NCBI RefSeq assembly: GCF_040938485.1
Contig: NW_027271996.1
Location: forward strand, 434,001-498,000
Length of the DNA stretch: 64,000 nt
Origin: Diadema antillarum
Lineage: Eukaryota
Direction: 5' to 3'
In this document: positions 50,095-63,781 of the stretch, piece by piece
How the letters are laid out: each line of letters opens with the position of its first letter
Position numbering within the stretch: position 1 is the first letter of the stretch
Translations under genes and position numbers: made by a program
Notes under the pieces: generated by a model
What the model was told of the DNA's origin: nothing
Database searches by the model: none
What the model saw: the letters and a program-made list of their open reading frames with translations, nothing else

Positions 50095-51456
50095 CTTATA
50101 AAATTGACATGAACATTGCGACTCCAAACAAGGATCTACATGTGTACATCATTTTGTGCATCAACTCTATTACATTTTACACACAGACAGTGGATAGTTT
50201 GTCAGGAGTGGTATTCCAGACAGAAAACAGGAAATACACACAGCATAATGATGGCATATGTTGTTGCAATACGGTTACCTCGTTTCCGCAGGATGTCGAG
50301 GAAAAAAAGAATCCTCCCATAGAAGCTATGGAATTCACAATGCAGTGAAACAATGAAAGTACTGGTACAGCATACCAAATTCGAGCAATTACTCCAGATG
50401 TAAATCGCTATCTAGTAGACAGTTGACTGTGACAGTGTATGGACACTTCAGATATGCAGCCTGTTCAGATGAAAGCCTAATAAAGTTCTTTGGCATTTAT
50501 TTTCTGATTTTGGTACATCTATTATCAATTCTCCACACTCTTGGCTTTCATATGGACTGGATGGGTATAGAATTTGTCTTACTTGATTTCAAAAGCCTGC
50601 CATAGATGGGGTAATATTTATGCCCATTACTTTTGCAAAGATTGGTCTAAGAATTTTAATGCAGAAGAGCACTACAACATCAGGGATTTATCAAGCACTT
50701 GTTCATTGAATACTTCATGAAAACCAAAAAGGTTTTAAATTTGAATGCACTTTCAGACTTTGAAATTTTGCAGAGACAGCAATTTAAGCAATGAAACTTT
50801 GGATTTTTTTTCAGAGAAAGTTGAATCTATCCTTTAATCTTTTTTTTGGAATACATTTGTCAGTTTGCTCAGCTTAGACATTAGCATCTTTGTAAGGGTA
50901 ATGTGGTGGAGGTCAAAATTTCCTGGATCATCAAGGTAAGAGTTCCTTACCTGGTTGCTATAACTTTTGGTGACTATCAGGTGCAAGATTACGAGACATA
51001 CCTCAACACGGTGTGAAAAATCTACCTCACAAAATATATACATTTTGATTGACAAGGTGATTATAGCTCAGGGACCTTTTTTTCATTTTACTAACAAAAA
51101 CATTTACCAGGTAATCTCAACAACTCACTAGTTCCAAAGACCATTCTTCTGGCTCTCCAGTAATGATGTAGTCCATAATTGACGTTGTGGGAAATCTCCA
51201 TGCAGTATAAAGGAGCTTAATCTATGCCCTGTTTCACAGACTATGATGATTTGCACTGGCCTCCAATGCACTGGATTGTTTGTGTGGCTGGGAGAGTTGC
51301 GGTGTTCTACGCAACAAATAGTCACTGACCCCACTAACAGACACATCATACTGTTGAGACAAGGCAGTAAGGTGGCAGATGACCGGTGGCTAAAACACCC
51401 AGTGGGCATCACCTGACGATGTTTCCGGAGAGGTGTGGCAGGTCGGCCGGTCAGCC

Positions 51457-54400
51457 TCATTTCTGTTTCTTGGCGAAGAAGCTGGAGATGCTCTTCATCC
51501 CTTTGGTGTTGACCTTGCTGAGGGCACGCTGACCAGCGGTCATCTTCCCCGGCTGCAGGGTGGAAGACAAGTGGGCGTGTCCATTCAATATTGAAATAGG
51601 AGAGACACTTCACTGGGCATGCAATATGTTTTGCTGCACGTTTGTGCTCACTTATTTTGTGAGATGATTGATATTGACGACAGCAAGAACACAGCAATCA
51701 ATCAATATTGCAAATGTTACCACTTGTGACATTGCCATGAAAGTTGCGACTTGCGACAAACTCCATGCTTGAAATACATGGTGTATGAAGTGCATGTTAC
51801 ACAGAATAAGGTACTGAAATGTAATCTAGTTGACTACCGTATTTGAAAATTATGACTCAAACATTTTGAGCATATTCCAGCTACCACTGTTCCTCTGGAT
51901 GTTCTTTTTCAAATGAACTCCAGCTACTGCAGTACAATGTACCTCTGCATGTTCTATTTCCTTCAAGTTGAAAAAGTAGTGGTTTCAGTATAAAACATCA
52001 ATGCCATTGAATAGCTAGGAAATACTTAAATATACTGCATAGTCAAACTTGTTTATAGCGGCCACCCAGGGGAGACAGAAAAAGTGGCCATTATTGACAG
52101 GTAGTCAACTCAGAGTGTGGTCTACTATGCGAAGGAGGTTGCGCTGTTATCACAATTATTACTTAAGACAGGTTGTGACATTAGCGGTGGCCCGGAGTCT
52201 CTAGATATTGATGTCGTGCCACCAAATTTTCAAAAGGGTTATGTTTTGGTTGCTCGATCGGGCAACTAAGATCCAAATGAGTTGTTATGATTCATTTTCT
52301 CTTGGGCCTATACATTTCTTTTTCGGCCACCAAACTTTCAAATTCATGGATTTTATGGGCCACAAAGAGAGAAAGAAAAAAATTAGTGTTGAGTCCTGCG
52401 CAAGATAATACACTTAATTAGGATAGTTATTATGTGTGTGTTCTTTGAAATACATGAGATATTCCATTTCACTTGAGTGGCAATGAAATAATGATCAGCC
52501 TTCTGAAAGTCACTGCTTTTGTGGCTACTGTTCACTAATGCAGTAGATGTGTGAGGAAACAACAAACAAGTTTGCACAAAATTCCTCAATGCCTCACCTT
52601 CTTCTCTTGCTTGACATCATCTGTTTTAAATGACATAGAATAGTCTTCTTCAGGTTCAGACTTCCCCGAGGAAAGTCTGGCTTTCTGTGGACAGAACAAG
52701 AGAAAGTCTTAATGAAATTTCTTTGCAAACTGGTTATACACTGTAAATCACCGTGATTCACCATTGCCACCCTTCCTCACACTGCAAAAATTCACATGAT
52801 GAGAAATTATAATATACAAAGCCAAAAAGATTTTTTTTTTCCATTCCCATTCATGAGACTATCTACTTTTGCATTCATCAGTGTCAGGCAGAAAATGTTT
52901 GTTCTATATCTCCATTTAATGTTTGTGCATTAGAATATGAATGAGCAAGACAAAAAAAAAAAATCAAATGTGTTCAGGATGTTTCAACTTTTGCAAATCC
53001 AGGCAGAGGAAAATACAGTTCTAACATCCATCCGTATTTTGGCGAGAGTAATGGAGCAGCAATTTACCTTTAATGGAGGTTCATCTCCATTTTCTACAGG
53101 TGTGGTTGTTTTTATTGTCAACTTTGCTGAGAGTTCCTTGATTCTGCCAATGGGAGACAAAAGTTGCTTCTTAGTTATTTTATTCAACAAAACACCACAA
53201 ACACAGTTCCTTTGTAACAAAGAAACATGTGCTGAATGAGCATTCAAGGTGAGTATTTCTAATAGAGGAGTGGTGTCACACTTAAATTCATATTTGGTTA
53301 TATGACAATCCTTTCACAGACAACACATTAAACACATATTACCATGAAATCTACTTGTTTCTAGAGTAACATCATTTCTGACTATGCATGCGAGAAAATT
53401 ATCAAATTTACTTTGAATAGAAAGGCAATCATCAAATAGACCAAAGTACAATATCTTTATCATCCTAGCATTTTTGTATTGTATCGATATTATACCTTGT
53501 ACAGTTGTGTAAAGTCATATACAATATCATGGATTTCTCATAGAAATTTAAAGGAATAAATAAACTAAACTGAAAATAAGGAGATAGCATTCACCATTTT
53601 CAGGCCTCACTGACAGTTAGTACAATTCATTAAACATTCATAATAATTATAAAAGGCCAATATAGTATGGAATCATACATCATTGACCACAGGCTTCATA
53701 CATTGGCATCATGAACAATAAAATAAAATCAGATCAAATGAAATTGATGTCGAAGCCTCTGGTTATTCAAAATCATGGGATCCATCTTTACTTACCCCAA
53801 GAGTTCAAACATCTGTTTGCTGAGCTTCGGGCTGAGGTAGTCGGAGACCAAACCAGCGGCGTACCTCTTGTAGTCTTCTGTTGACATCACAAAAATATGA
53901 ACGATTGTTTGTGAGTACATGAAGAAGGCATTCCCATTATATGTGTGCATAGGAAAGCATTCATAATGTGCACATGTTGTAAGTTCTGGATTGCATAAAA
54001 GTTGAAACAGACAGAGAGACAGACAGATAGACAGACAGACAGACACACACACACACTGTCTGAAATCATGCGGTGAGTTAAAGTCCTTGAATATGCTCTC
54101 TGCATGGGTGAGAAATTTCAACTATGTTACTCTCAGGCAATCTTCTGGGGCAATATTAGATGAAGTGTAGTTCATTCACTGATCAATTCAACAATTTTGT
54201 TCAAACAGCACAATGTACTTCATTGATACAGTTTGAGACTTATCAAGAGATTTGCTGTGGAATCTTTTATAAAGTGCATGAGTTATGACTCTCACACTCT
54301 TGGACACGCCTATTTTAAGTCCTTTCTAATAAGGCAAAGGATTAAAAACAAAAACATGCAGTCACTCAATATTCATAATTTGCATTTCCTATGAACATGG

Positions 54401-57400
54401 AAATAATTATTGTTTACAATGTTATGATATTACCTACATTACACTTAACAGATATACCTTAGCTGTACATAAATAGATTTTGAATATGTTATTTACAAAT
54501 TATTTACTGAGTGATTCACATTTTCTTGGCTATGCCTTCAGTGAGTCACTCTTTTCCATCATCATAAGCTGCAGTCACACTGGCAAAAGATCATGAAGTC
54601 TATATGAAGTATGCTTGTCCGTCCACACTGGCAGCCAAACTTCACAATCTTTAAATTCTCAAAGTTTTGGTCACTGGTGCACGTGCGCAAGAAAGAAGAA
54701 AAGAGTGCACCATTTGACAGCTAGTGATTGCGATGTCACAATGCACACACGTACATGAGGTAGATCACAATGACTGTGCACGCTTAGGAGGCACCGCCCG
54801 CAAACAGAGGGTGGACTGGTCACATGACTAACTTCACAAAGTTTAAATTCCTAGCGTTCACACTGCCCAAAGATCAAGAAGATTGGCGAGGGCTCAGGAA
54901 ATTTCCCTAGTTTAAGAGGGAAGTTTCACGAGAAATTTCGCAAGAAGTTCCCCAGGAAGTTTGCAGTCACACTGGCAAATCTTCAGGATCTTAAAGATTG
55001 TGATCTCAAACTGTGCAATCTTTTGCCAGTGTGATTGTGGCTGTATTTACTTTTCCGTCAACCCTGCAAAAGTATACAATGTTTTTCAAACCATTTAATT
55101 CATTTGTACGTATATTTTGTAATCCACATTATGATGCACTTTGTACGAGACATACTTCTCACAAAATGTCGAAATAATATGACTTGTGAAATGTATGCTT
55201 TGTATTAGGTTTAACCTTTTGTTGGATGGAAATAAAGCTTATATTTGAATTGAATTGAATTGAATTAAGTTATAAATTATCTTGTCCTGGATCTCTCAGG
55301 ATCTCTAATAGCTATTCATTATGAGAGAAGGAAAGAGAGAGAGAGGGAAAGCAAGAGATAGAGAAAAAAAATATATCGATTTCAAACTACATCATGGCAT
55401 ATCATGACATACCGTCAGTGGCTCCTTGGTCCTTGGTGCTCCTGACAAACGTCATTGACTGTGCCCCGCTGCCAACGTGGATGTCCGTTCCCTCCAGGCA
55501 GGCCGCCGTGTGCTCGACTTTCGCTCTCAGCCAATCCAAGGTCTTCGTCTCGTCGTAGCGGTACGCCCTCATGTCGCCGCTTCCTGCCGATGAGGAGCAC
55601 AGAGTCTCGTAATGGTTGCAATACTGTTTAAGCTGTTATTTTCGCGAATTTCACAAATCACAGTTGGACCATGAATTTAACAACACCCGAAAATGTCGCC
55701 ACGTGCTAAGATAATACTGCCCTTATGAAGGCCTCTGTGTCGATCGACAAAAAACAACACCTTACGAAAATGTCTGTGACCTCTTCATTCATGAAAATAT
55801 CTGTACACAAAAATAACAGCGTATCAGTAAACGAATGAGTGGAAAACAAGAACTCAATACAAAACGGTAACAATCTTCACATATGGTGGGCCTTCCCTGG
55901 CAAGCTTTGCAGATGTATTTTATCAACAAATGACAATCAGGTGTGGAAATATCAAGCATATGTCTGTACATGTTTTTAAGTTTTCTATGCAGATACCATT
56001 TTTCGATCATTTACACAGTCACACAAAATAATGATATTGAGGTTGTGTTCTTTACAAATTTGTATGTACCCATGCTATAATGTTTTCCCATGTTGTTGTT
56101 TGTTTTTTTCTTTTCCATAATCTTGCCTTGTTTAGTCAATGTTTTCATTGTCTTATGTCTATACTTTGGCATATAATTTGCTTAATTCACACATGTATTT
56201 TCATATCTATAAAGGCAAATTAAATGATGGCCCCATGCTTCAATGATAAGAAATGGAAAACAGAATGTCTATTGATATAACCAATGCTGCACACTGGTAC
56301 TGGTCCGATGGTCCCTGACCAGTAAAATTACTGTCGCACCAGTAACTTTTTCAGAAATGGACCAGTAAAATATGGAAAAACTGGGTGCCTACTGGTCTGA
56401 CAGACAGGACGGACCAGTAGAAAAAATGGCTTAGTGTGCAGCTCTGATATAATTCATATCCGTAACTATGCATTCCAACTTTCATTTGATAGAAACAAAC
56501 CCTGATCTTTAGCTTTACAGATAAGTCAAACTACTTGCAGTTATTGTAATTAAATGACCAAATATTGGATACTTGGAGTATAATTCTGTCAGCTAAATTC
56601 TGTCATCTGTTACCTGCATTCCAGACCAAAATATATGACATCATGTACAGTTGTATGACGAATAGGCTGTTTTCAAAGCAGAGACACACACAATCTACTT
56701 CATTAAACTATATAGTTAGGGAAATTCAGTTGTTTTTATTCTAAATGAAAATCTTACAACTTTCTGTCTTAGTAACAAGCAATTAATTGACTAAGCCCTT
56801 GACACAAAACTGACGACTTAAACCGACCTTTGACCTCTGAGATGTTATCCACAGCAGATATACCAGTGCACTGGAGCAGTCTGATGCATTGTGGGTAGTC
56901 TTCATCGTAGACAATCTGATCAAGGGTCATGAACTTGTTACGCTGAAAAAACAAACAAACAAATAAAAGAGCAAGATATTTGAATGACTGAATCACATGA
57001 ACTATGAACCTCTGTAGCAAAGATATCATTGAACATTTTTCTCTCCTGCCTTTATAGTGCTGTTCTTTTCAAGTGCTACACTGGAAGTCTCGAAGAATAA
57101 ATCTCCGAAAGTTGTAATACCTTTTCTTTACGGTTTCATGAAAGTAATTCGAAATAACATACTTCCAGGATATTATTTTTCTTTCTTTTTTTCAGCATGA
57201 TAATTTGACACAATGAATGTAATATATTTGCAAACAAATCAATGCTGAACACAGCTAAATGCAGCTTGAGGTACTGTCCTTTATCAAACAAAGAGAAAGA
57301 AATAAGTGAATTAAACTGTAAAAAAAAAGTAAAAAATGTAGGCCAACAATGCAATAGTGACTTTAATTGGAAGTTTCTATCCCCCATTTTTTCTGTCTGT

Positions 57401-60400
57401 ATTTTGGAATACTCACCTCTTGACTGGACTTTTGAAGGTATGGGAGGAGTAAGAAGACTGGGTCCACCGGGGTCACCACTTCTAAAGACCCATCTATGGG
57501 GGGGGGGGGGGGGGGGGGAAACAAATAGTGGAAATATCAAAATGAAACAAATACAAAAGAATTATATTTCAATCTGGACCTACATGTATGAGCTGATCAA
57601 GCTCTGAATCGAATGTATTTGTGAAAATGACACATTATTACAGATTTGTGCCATTATCTAAGACTCTAGAACAGGGACACCAGATAAAATGAAAGAGAAT
57701 GCCTGAAATACATACATAAAGCTACTTTGTACACAGAAGGGCCTAAACTTATGACACTTACCAGGGCCCAAATTCAGGCATTTGTCTAAAAACTGGCATC
57801 CCTGCTAGAAGAATGAGTCACTCCCACAAATATCATTCAAAAAAACATTAGATGCATTGGCATATTAGTGTGCTGGTGAATTGATCTTTCGTAGCAAGGT
57901 ATATCCCACAACATGGGCACGGAATATTTTGCGCTCTTTTATCCCTCATTTGTCCTTCAATTATTCTGCATCACAAGCTTAATATGATGCATAATCAAAT
58001 GGGTTTAATTCAACCCATTCAAAGATAAATTCCTTTCAGTTTCATTTCCTACAGTGTCTTTGTGTCATACAGAAGGCTGATGAAAGAACACTAGAACAAA
58101 ACACAAATAAACCAAAAACTTCGAAGAAGGAGGCCATGTAAGCAAAAGGATAAGATCTGGGACCTTTGGCAAACAAGTTACACTGACTACCGATAGGTGA
58201 TCTTTACCTTCCTGGACAGAATCATTGATGAACCATGATCCACATGGTCTTTTAAATTGCATCACCTCATGGACGCTGCTACCATCACTGCTGAAGAAGA
58301 ACATGGCACCTTTGTCTGGATGTAAGGTAATAAAAGGAATACAAATCCATTTTGATATCACCTTGGTAGAGCAAGCTACATCAGTTTGTTCACACATGGA
58401 AAATATTTGATGAATAATACTGATATTGTGTATATTATATCAAAAAGAGTATTTATGCAAACATATCTTGTTACAAATCATAGTGACTCTCTTTTCTCTA
58501 CACAACACTGGAATTATTGCAGTGCAATTTTATGTGTAAAATTTTACAAAATCTAACATGGGAAAAGAGATATGAAAGTTTGTAATTGCACTTTATTATG
58601 TGACGTGTATATTTTCAAAATTTCATTCACTGTGCACTGTAGGCCCTAATGTTGATATTGTTTTACTTATTTTCTGTATAACATATGCACAAACAAAAAA
58701 ATTAAATGAAAAATAGGAAAAATCCTTAAACACGGAAATATATAAAACTTGAATGAAAAGGAATAATGTGAAGTCTAAGAGTGAAATCAGTCATGTATAC
58801 AATACGTGTTAGAATCAATAGGCAAATAATAGTACAAAATCCTTCCCAGACTTCATAAAACTTGGATGAAAGGGAATAATGTGAAGTCTAAGAGTGAAAT
58901 CAGTCTTGTATACAATACAATGCATCAAAACCGATGGGTAAATGACAATAGCTTGAAAACACTTAGGAAACTCCACCGTTTGCTTGAACTAATGCAAATG
59001 CTGCACTCTGTAAGAGGTACACAGTAAAGATGATGTGGTAAGTCAAGGGTACACAATAACAAGAGTTTTATATTTCGGTTCGACTAAACTTCAGTTTGTA
59101 TTTGTGACCGTGCACCTCAAAACGAACATAACGTCGCACACACTGATTTTGCGTGAGGACTGAAAATAAGTGAAATGGTTCAACCTAGCCGAACTTGACT
59201 TTTTCATATTTTCTGAAAGAGCGGGTCTTCTTTTACATTATGCTAAAATTTGGTATCATAAAACGGGCATGAAAGTGTGGTTTTTTAGCAGTTTATCTCG
59301 AACATTTTTGGTAGAATAGTGTGATTTTTAGTGTGATCTTTAGAATCCCTTTTTCATTTCTGAAAAACCTTGTCCACACCCTTCACTTTCAACTCTAATA
59401 ACTTTTGAAAGGATAGTGCTACTGCTTTGAAAGTTGGCATTAATTAAGGACAGAATGTGTTAATGAGGCCTGCTTAATTTCTGTGTAATCTGATAATCCC
59501 TTCATTGTTGTTACTCTGGTGGTTTACTTCCTGTTTTTTTGTCCCATTCATTGCACAGCCAGCACGGTTTGATAAAGATTAAGCGCTTGAATAGACACTA
59601 AACTTCAGAGCCTCTTTTCTCAGTTCACACTTTTCCTGAGTTTGTGCTTTCTTTCCAATATTTAGATAGGTTAGGAGAGTCCATTTGATTTGAGTTATAC
59701 ATCATTTTAAAGCTGAAAGTCTGCTCTTTCAGAATATGGTCTTAACTAAAAATTCATGTCTGGCGACTTTTTGTTTGTTTTGAGGTGCAGGGTCACATTT
59801 GTCTGGAAAGCCAAAAATATGATCAGCATGGAGGTTGCATTACATGGCACACCATACCACCATTACAGGCAATCCTTCACTCTGTGACACCTTGAGTTAT
59901 ATGAAACCAAGTATTGTTAATATCAATTTATACATCTGGGAAGCAAGATATGGTAAGGTTACCACATCCCTGAAGCTGTAGTCTCAAGATTGTATATGAC
60001 TACATAGTAACTCTGTTGCATATATCTCAGTTACTCACCTGTCTTAGGGTGTCTCAGTTTCACAAATGCAGGGTCTGGGCATCCATCCACAGCACATTCT
60101 AATGAAGTGTCTGATTGCACACAAAAGGGAGTTATTTACATTAATAGATGTCAAATTACATAAAAGGATACAGTATAATACAGTGCACAGCAAATGTGCA
60201 AAACTCACAAGAGGGCATTACTTACATTTATAAATGTCTGATTACATAAGAGGATATAAAAAAAAATGTACAAAACTCACTAAGAGAGCTCAGACTCAGA
60301 GTCACTTCTCTTTTTCTTTTTCTTTTTAGCAATGGGACAGGTCACTTAAATTCATATTCATAATCATATTGACTTGGCTGGTAAACACAGGTAGAAGCTC

Positions 60401-61747
60401 TAGTCGTAGTCAAAGATGGGATGGTTGGTGGCATGCTGAGGTTCAGGTGGGCCCAAACCTGTTATTAGACCGAGTGTAATTTCATGTTAAAACTATTCAT
60501 AAACAAACTCTCCCTTTCAACAACATAATTAATACATATATTGGATATAATTTGGATGGTGTCATTATTCTAGTGGGCACCATGCATTAAACAATATCAA
60601 AATCATGAAATGAAATGCATTAATATCCAATTCTTACACTTACAATGCAGTGTAGCTTGTTTCCTCTAAATTTCTACCATTAATTCATTACAACTCAATT
60701 GTTTGATAATGCTCATTATAAAATAGGTTAAAAATGTAGCCAATCAGAAGTGCTGAAATGAGTCACGTGTTAGCTCTTGATTTTCTTACTAACATGCACG
60801 GCTGTGCAAAAAGTCCGCAACGAAAAGTCATAACAGCAAGGCGTGTTATCCTATGGCAGATGACTTCTGCGCGAGCGGAGCGAACCCAAAACCATTCAAT
60901 GTACATGTAATCTCTTTGATACGTATGTAATACTGTACGTGTGTGCGCGCAGCACCACTGGACATGGTGTGATCGTCTGTAAAGCCGATTGAAGAGTGGC
61001 CCAGTAGTAGTGAAATATGAAGTCTCATTATCTGATAGACTGATATTATACTAAAGATAGTTCTTCAACCCTGGCATTTTATAAACCAAATAATGTACAG
61101 GTTTAAGTGTAACACACTCACACCCGTGCATTATTTGTATACAAATGAGTGGATGTGCCACTGCCAGTGCAGTATGCGTCGATTAACAACTCATTCGAGT
61201 CTCGTAGATCATCGAAAACTTGCATTCTTTTTCTGCAATGACATTGTAAAACTAGTGTCATGAATTAGAAATAGAATATGAAATTCGTAAGTTAAAAAAG
61301 TTTAATTTAAATTTTTCAAAATTATGTTTTTGAGTAACTAGTTAACAGTTAACAGTTAGCAGTAGTAGCCTTGGCTTGAGAATGACCATTGCATTGATGA
61401 CTCGAGTCATTCAATGTAGGTCTAACATTTTACGCATAGTTTTGCTCGCTATTTCACAGTGTTATGGAAAATTGACTTGGGTTTCTCTTGTTTACATCAC
61501 ACAGCAATGCATAGTGCTTTGCTACCAGTTTTCTAGTAGGACTCCGGGAGATGTTAGCATTTATTAACCATATTGCTGGCATTGCCATTAGTTACCAACA
61601 CCAAAGTAAAGGTATGGGACAACCGGTAACTCGACCCTTAACTTTTTGACATTTTGACATCGACTTACCTGGAGCAATAATCACCCATTGGTTTCTGTCT
61701 TTCTTCGTGGATACAAGCTTTTTGCGCTTTTTGGAATCCTTAGGCAT
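51457..61747 (-). CDS. RNASEH2B: Ribonuclease H2 subunit B, 10 exons, 316 aa
   Basis: Exons on minus: 61747-61669, 60098-60039 (FVKLRHPKT), 58315-58208 (SWFINDSVQE), 57493-57417 (TPVDPVFLLLPYL), 56942-56828 (KFMTLDQIV), 55583-55413 (YRYDETKTLDWLRAKV), 53877-53796 (DYKRYAAGLVSDYL), 53143-53068, 52684-52598 (EPEEDYS), 51552-51457 (KGMKSISSFF PIP box, TGA). All junctions are GT-AG and in phase; total 951 nt. Confidence 0.97.
54568..55041. mobile_element. Harbinger-like MITE
   Basis: TAA|GCTGCAGTCACACTGGCAAAAGAT ... ATCTTTTGCCAGTGTGATTGTGGC, with internal CACACTG repeats. Confidence 0.6.
55624..55827. mobile_element. Tc1/mariner-like MITE in an RNASEH2B intron
   Basis: TA|CTGTTTAAGCTGTTATTTT ... 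AAAATAACAGCGTATCAG|TA. Confidence 0.6.
56282..56446. mobile_element. Inverted copy of the 49859-50033 family
   Basis: ATATAAC|CAATGCTGCACAC ... GTGTGCAGCTCTG|ATATAAT. Confidence 0.65.
58743..58918. repeat. Direct duplication (~63-bp core, 113-bp period)
   Basis: TAAAACTTG(A/G)ATGAAA(A/G)GGAATAATGTGAAGTCTAAGAGTGAAATCAGTC twice. Confidence 0.9.
59104..59796. mobile_element. Non-autonomous TIR element with ATTT TSD (Sola1-like)
   Basis: ATTT|GTGACCGTGCACCTCAAAAC ... GTTTTGAGGTGCAGGGTCAC|ATTT. An AWWT TSD is consistent with Sola1; the superfamily call is an inference. Confidence 0.7.
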
Positions 61748-61779
61748 ACTGTCAAGAAACCTGTCTGGACACCTCAAAA

Positions 61780-62060
61780 TACAGGAGTGGAACAGAGTTG
61801 CTGATTGTCAATGTTATTTCCAATCTGTGACGTGTGTGGTTGTGCCCTGTTGTATTTGGGATTTCTATTTATCGCGAGCGCGCGCTTCGCGGGGAAAAAT
61901 TGGAATCCTTTCCCACGCACGACGTTCCAGTCGCGGGAGATCACAACCTAATCCCCACAAATTCGGACGTGATAAAGATACCCGGTTACATACAAAGAAT
62001 TTCGGTACACTTTCGATTGCCTTGATAGGGACTTGCAGTTGTTGTTAATGCAATAAATAT
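61780..62060. promoter_or_regulatory. CpG-rich patch, probable promoter region between divergent RNASEH2B and MFSD1
   Basis: Local CpG enrichment (TCGCGAGCGCGCGCTTCGCGGGGAAAAA, TCGCGGGAGA) in CpG-poor surroundings, just upstream of the RNASEH2B ATG and about 1.8 kb upstream of the MFSD1 ATG. Confidence 0.5.
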
Positions 62061-62428
62061 AAGAGATAATTTGATGAACTGCTCTTTCGAGTAAGATCAA
62101 CAGACAAGTCATGTAAATAGAGGCATTTCTCTTTCTAACAAAGTTCACTATTGAGAGATAACAAAATAAGAGAAGGGAATTATATGGAATTAGGTTATTA
62201 CGTTACTAAACAACTCGGATGCTGAACACTATGCCCTACGTCGGTGTACTGATTTTTCTGTACTTATTATTAGTTGTTGTGTTGTTGTTTTTTAACGTGG
62301 AAAATTGAGCAAAGAAAATGGGATTCCTTTCCGGAATGACAGAGCAGAGCCTGTTCATCAATCAAATTTAAGTTATCATTTATATCTACTCCTTACTGAG
62401 CTGCTATTCTTCTGAGAAAAGTATGATA

Positions 62429-62615
62429 CAGTTGCAGATCCAGATGGGGTGCATCATGCAGGTGCGCCCCCTCTTTATTTTTGGTTAAAACAAAATAAAT
62501 ACTTGAAAAAAAAAGAATTAAAAGAAAAAGAGGGGGATGGTGGTGCGTGCACGTGGTGCACCATCTTTAATTTCTAAAGGTGCTTTCCCTTTACAGAATT
62601 CTGGATCCGCTCCTG
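62429..62615. mobile_element. Second copy of the CAGTGGCGGATCCAG family
   Basis: TGATA|CAGTTGCAGATCCAG ... CTGGATCCGCTCCTG|CGATA. Confidence 0.7.
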
Positions 62616-63781
62616 CGATAGGCCCTATATTCTCCTAAAAATAATGAAATATATGACACTATATATGTCTTGACAGGGAAGGCCACTTGGCCTAGCTGAA
62701 TAGGCCTATGTAATCACTCATAATTTTGTCATTCTTAGCTGGTTCCAGCTGCTCACCTACATTTTTGTAGCCACTTCTTGTTTGCATGCATACATCATGC
62801 ATGGCATGAAAATAAGTCCACCAAACATGGCTTCAAAAGGCGAGGATTGCCACCTCTGAATCTCTCGTTGGTTTTTTTTTAGCCCCCACCCCCCCCCCCC
62901 CCCACATACACACACACACTCCGGCACCCATCATGAGTTTGCTCGTGTTTGTACAAAATATTACCAGAAATTTATAAAATTCAAATTATATTACACAATA
63001 ATAATAATAATAATGTTCTTATATAGTGAGATTCAACACAAAATAGGTTCTCAAAGCGCTTTACATACATACATGAGACAAAGTTACAATTGAAAAGTGG
63101 CAAACCACATCATAACAGTATAATTCTAGTATACTACTGAAAAAAGTTACTGAACATTGTAAGCTAAAAGAAATAAGTGAGTTTTCAATTGTTTTTTGAA
63201 CAGTTCAGAGTTTTAAGATGTTCCCTGCCAATCAAGCAAATGTAGCAATTCACTGCTACTTGAAATAGTTGTATGGTTTGAATTTTGCGATACTTTAGAA
63301 TCCTGCAGATTTCTAAATGTTCATGACATCAACAGTCCCTATACATTATTTCTTGATCTCCTCAGGACATTATGTTGATGTGTTGTGTCGATGTGTTTAT
63401 CAGGAAACGTCGAATAGATGAAGGGTCGAGATGACTATGCTCCATCGTGACTCGTGACCAGCTGCAGTTGCAACAATCAACAACAGTGGAGGAGCATAGC
63501 AGTGGAGTGGAGCTCAAAGAGGAAGAGAACTTTGTAAACCCTTTGCACTGCACTGTGTGTGCATTGTAGTGAATGGACAGGCAACGAGTAGGCCTACCGT
63601 GATTGAGTTGCACTTGAGTGTATAGAATGCTGGTCAGTCAGAAAGTCGTCCTACTCTGATTACCAATGTCGTGATAATTTACGGATTTTAGAGGCGTATA
63701 ATCACTGTCTACTATCTCTGCTACTTTGTAAGTTTGGGGTCTAGAACTCTACAGTATCGGATAGAAGTAGTAGACCAAATC

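Noticed and set aside
51128-51697. 189-aa minus-strand ORF
   Set aside because: It overlaps the last RNASEH2B exon in another frame plus 3' UTR and intron; not protein-like.
60760-60772. GTCACGTG as a CLEAR/TFEB site for lysosomal MFSD1
   Set aside because: Partial match lying in RNASEH2B intron 1, about 3 kb from the MFSD1 ATG; expected by chance.
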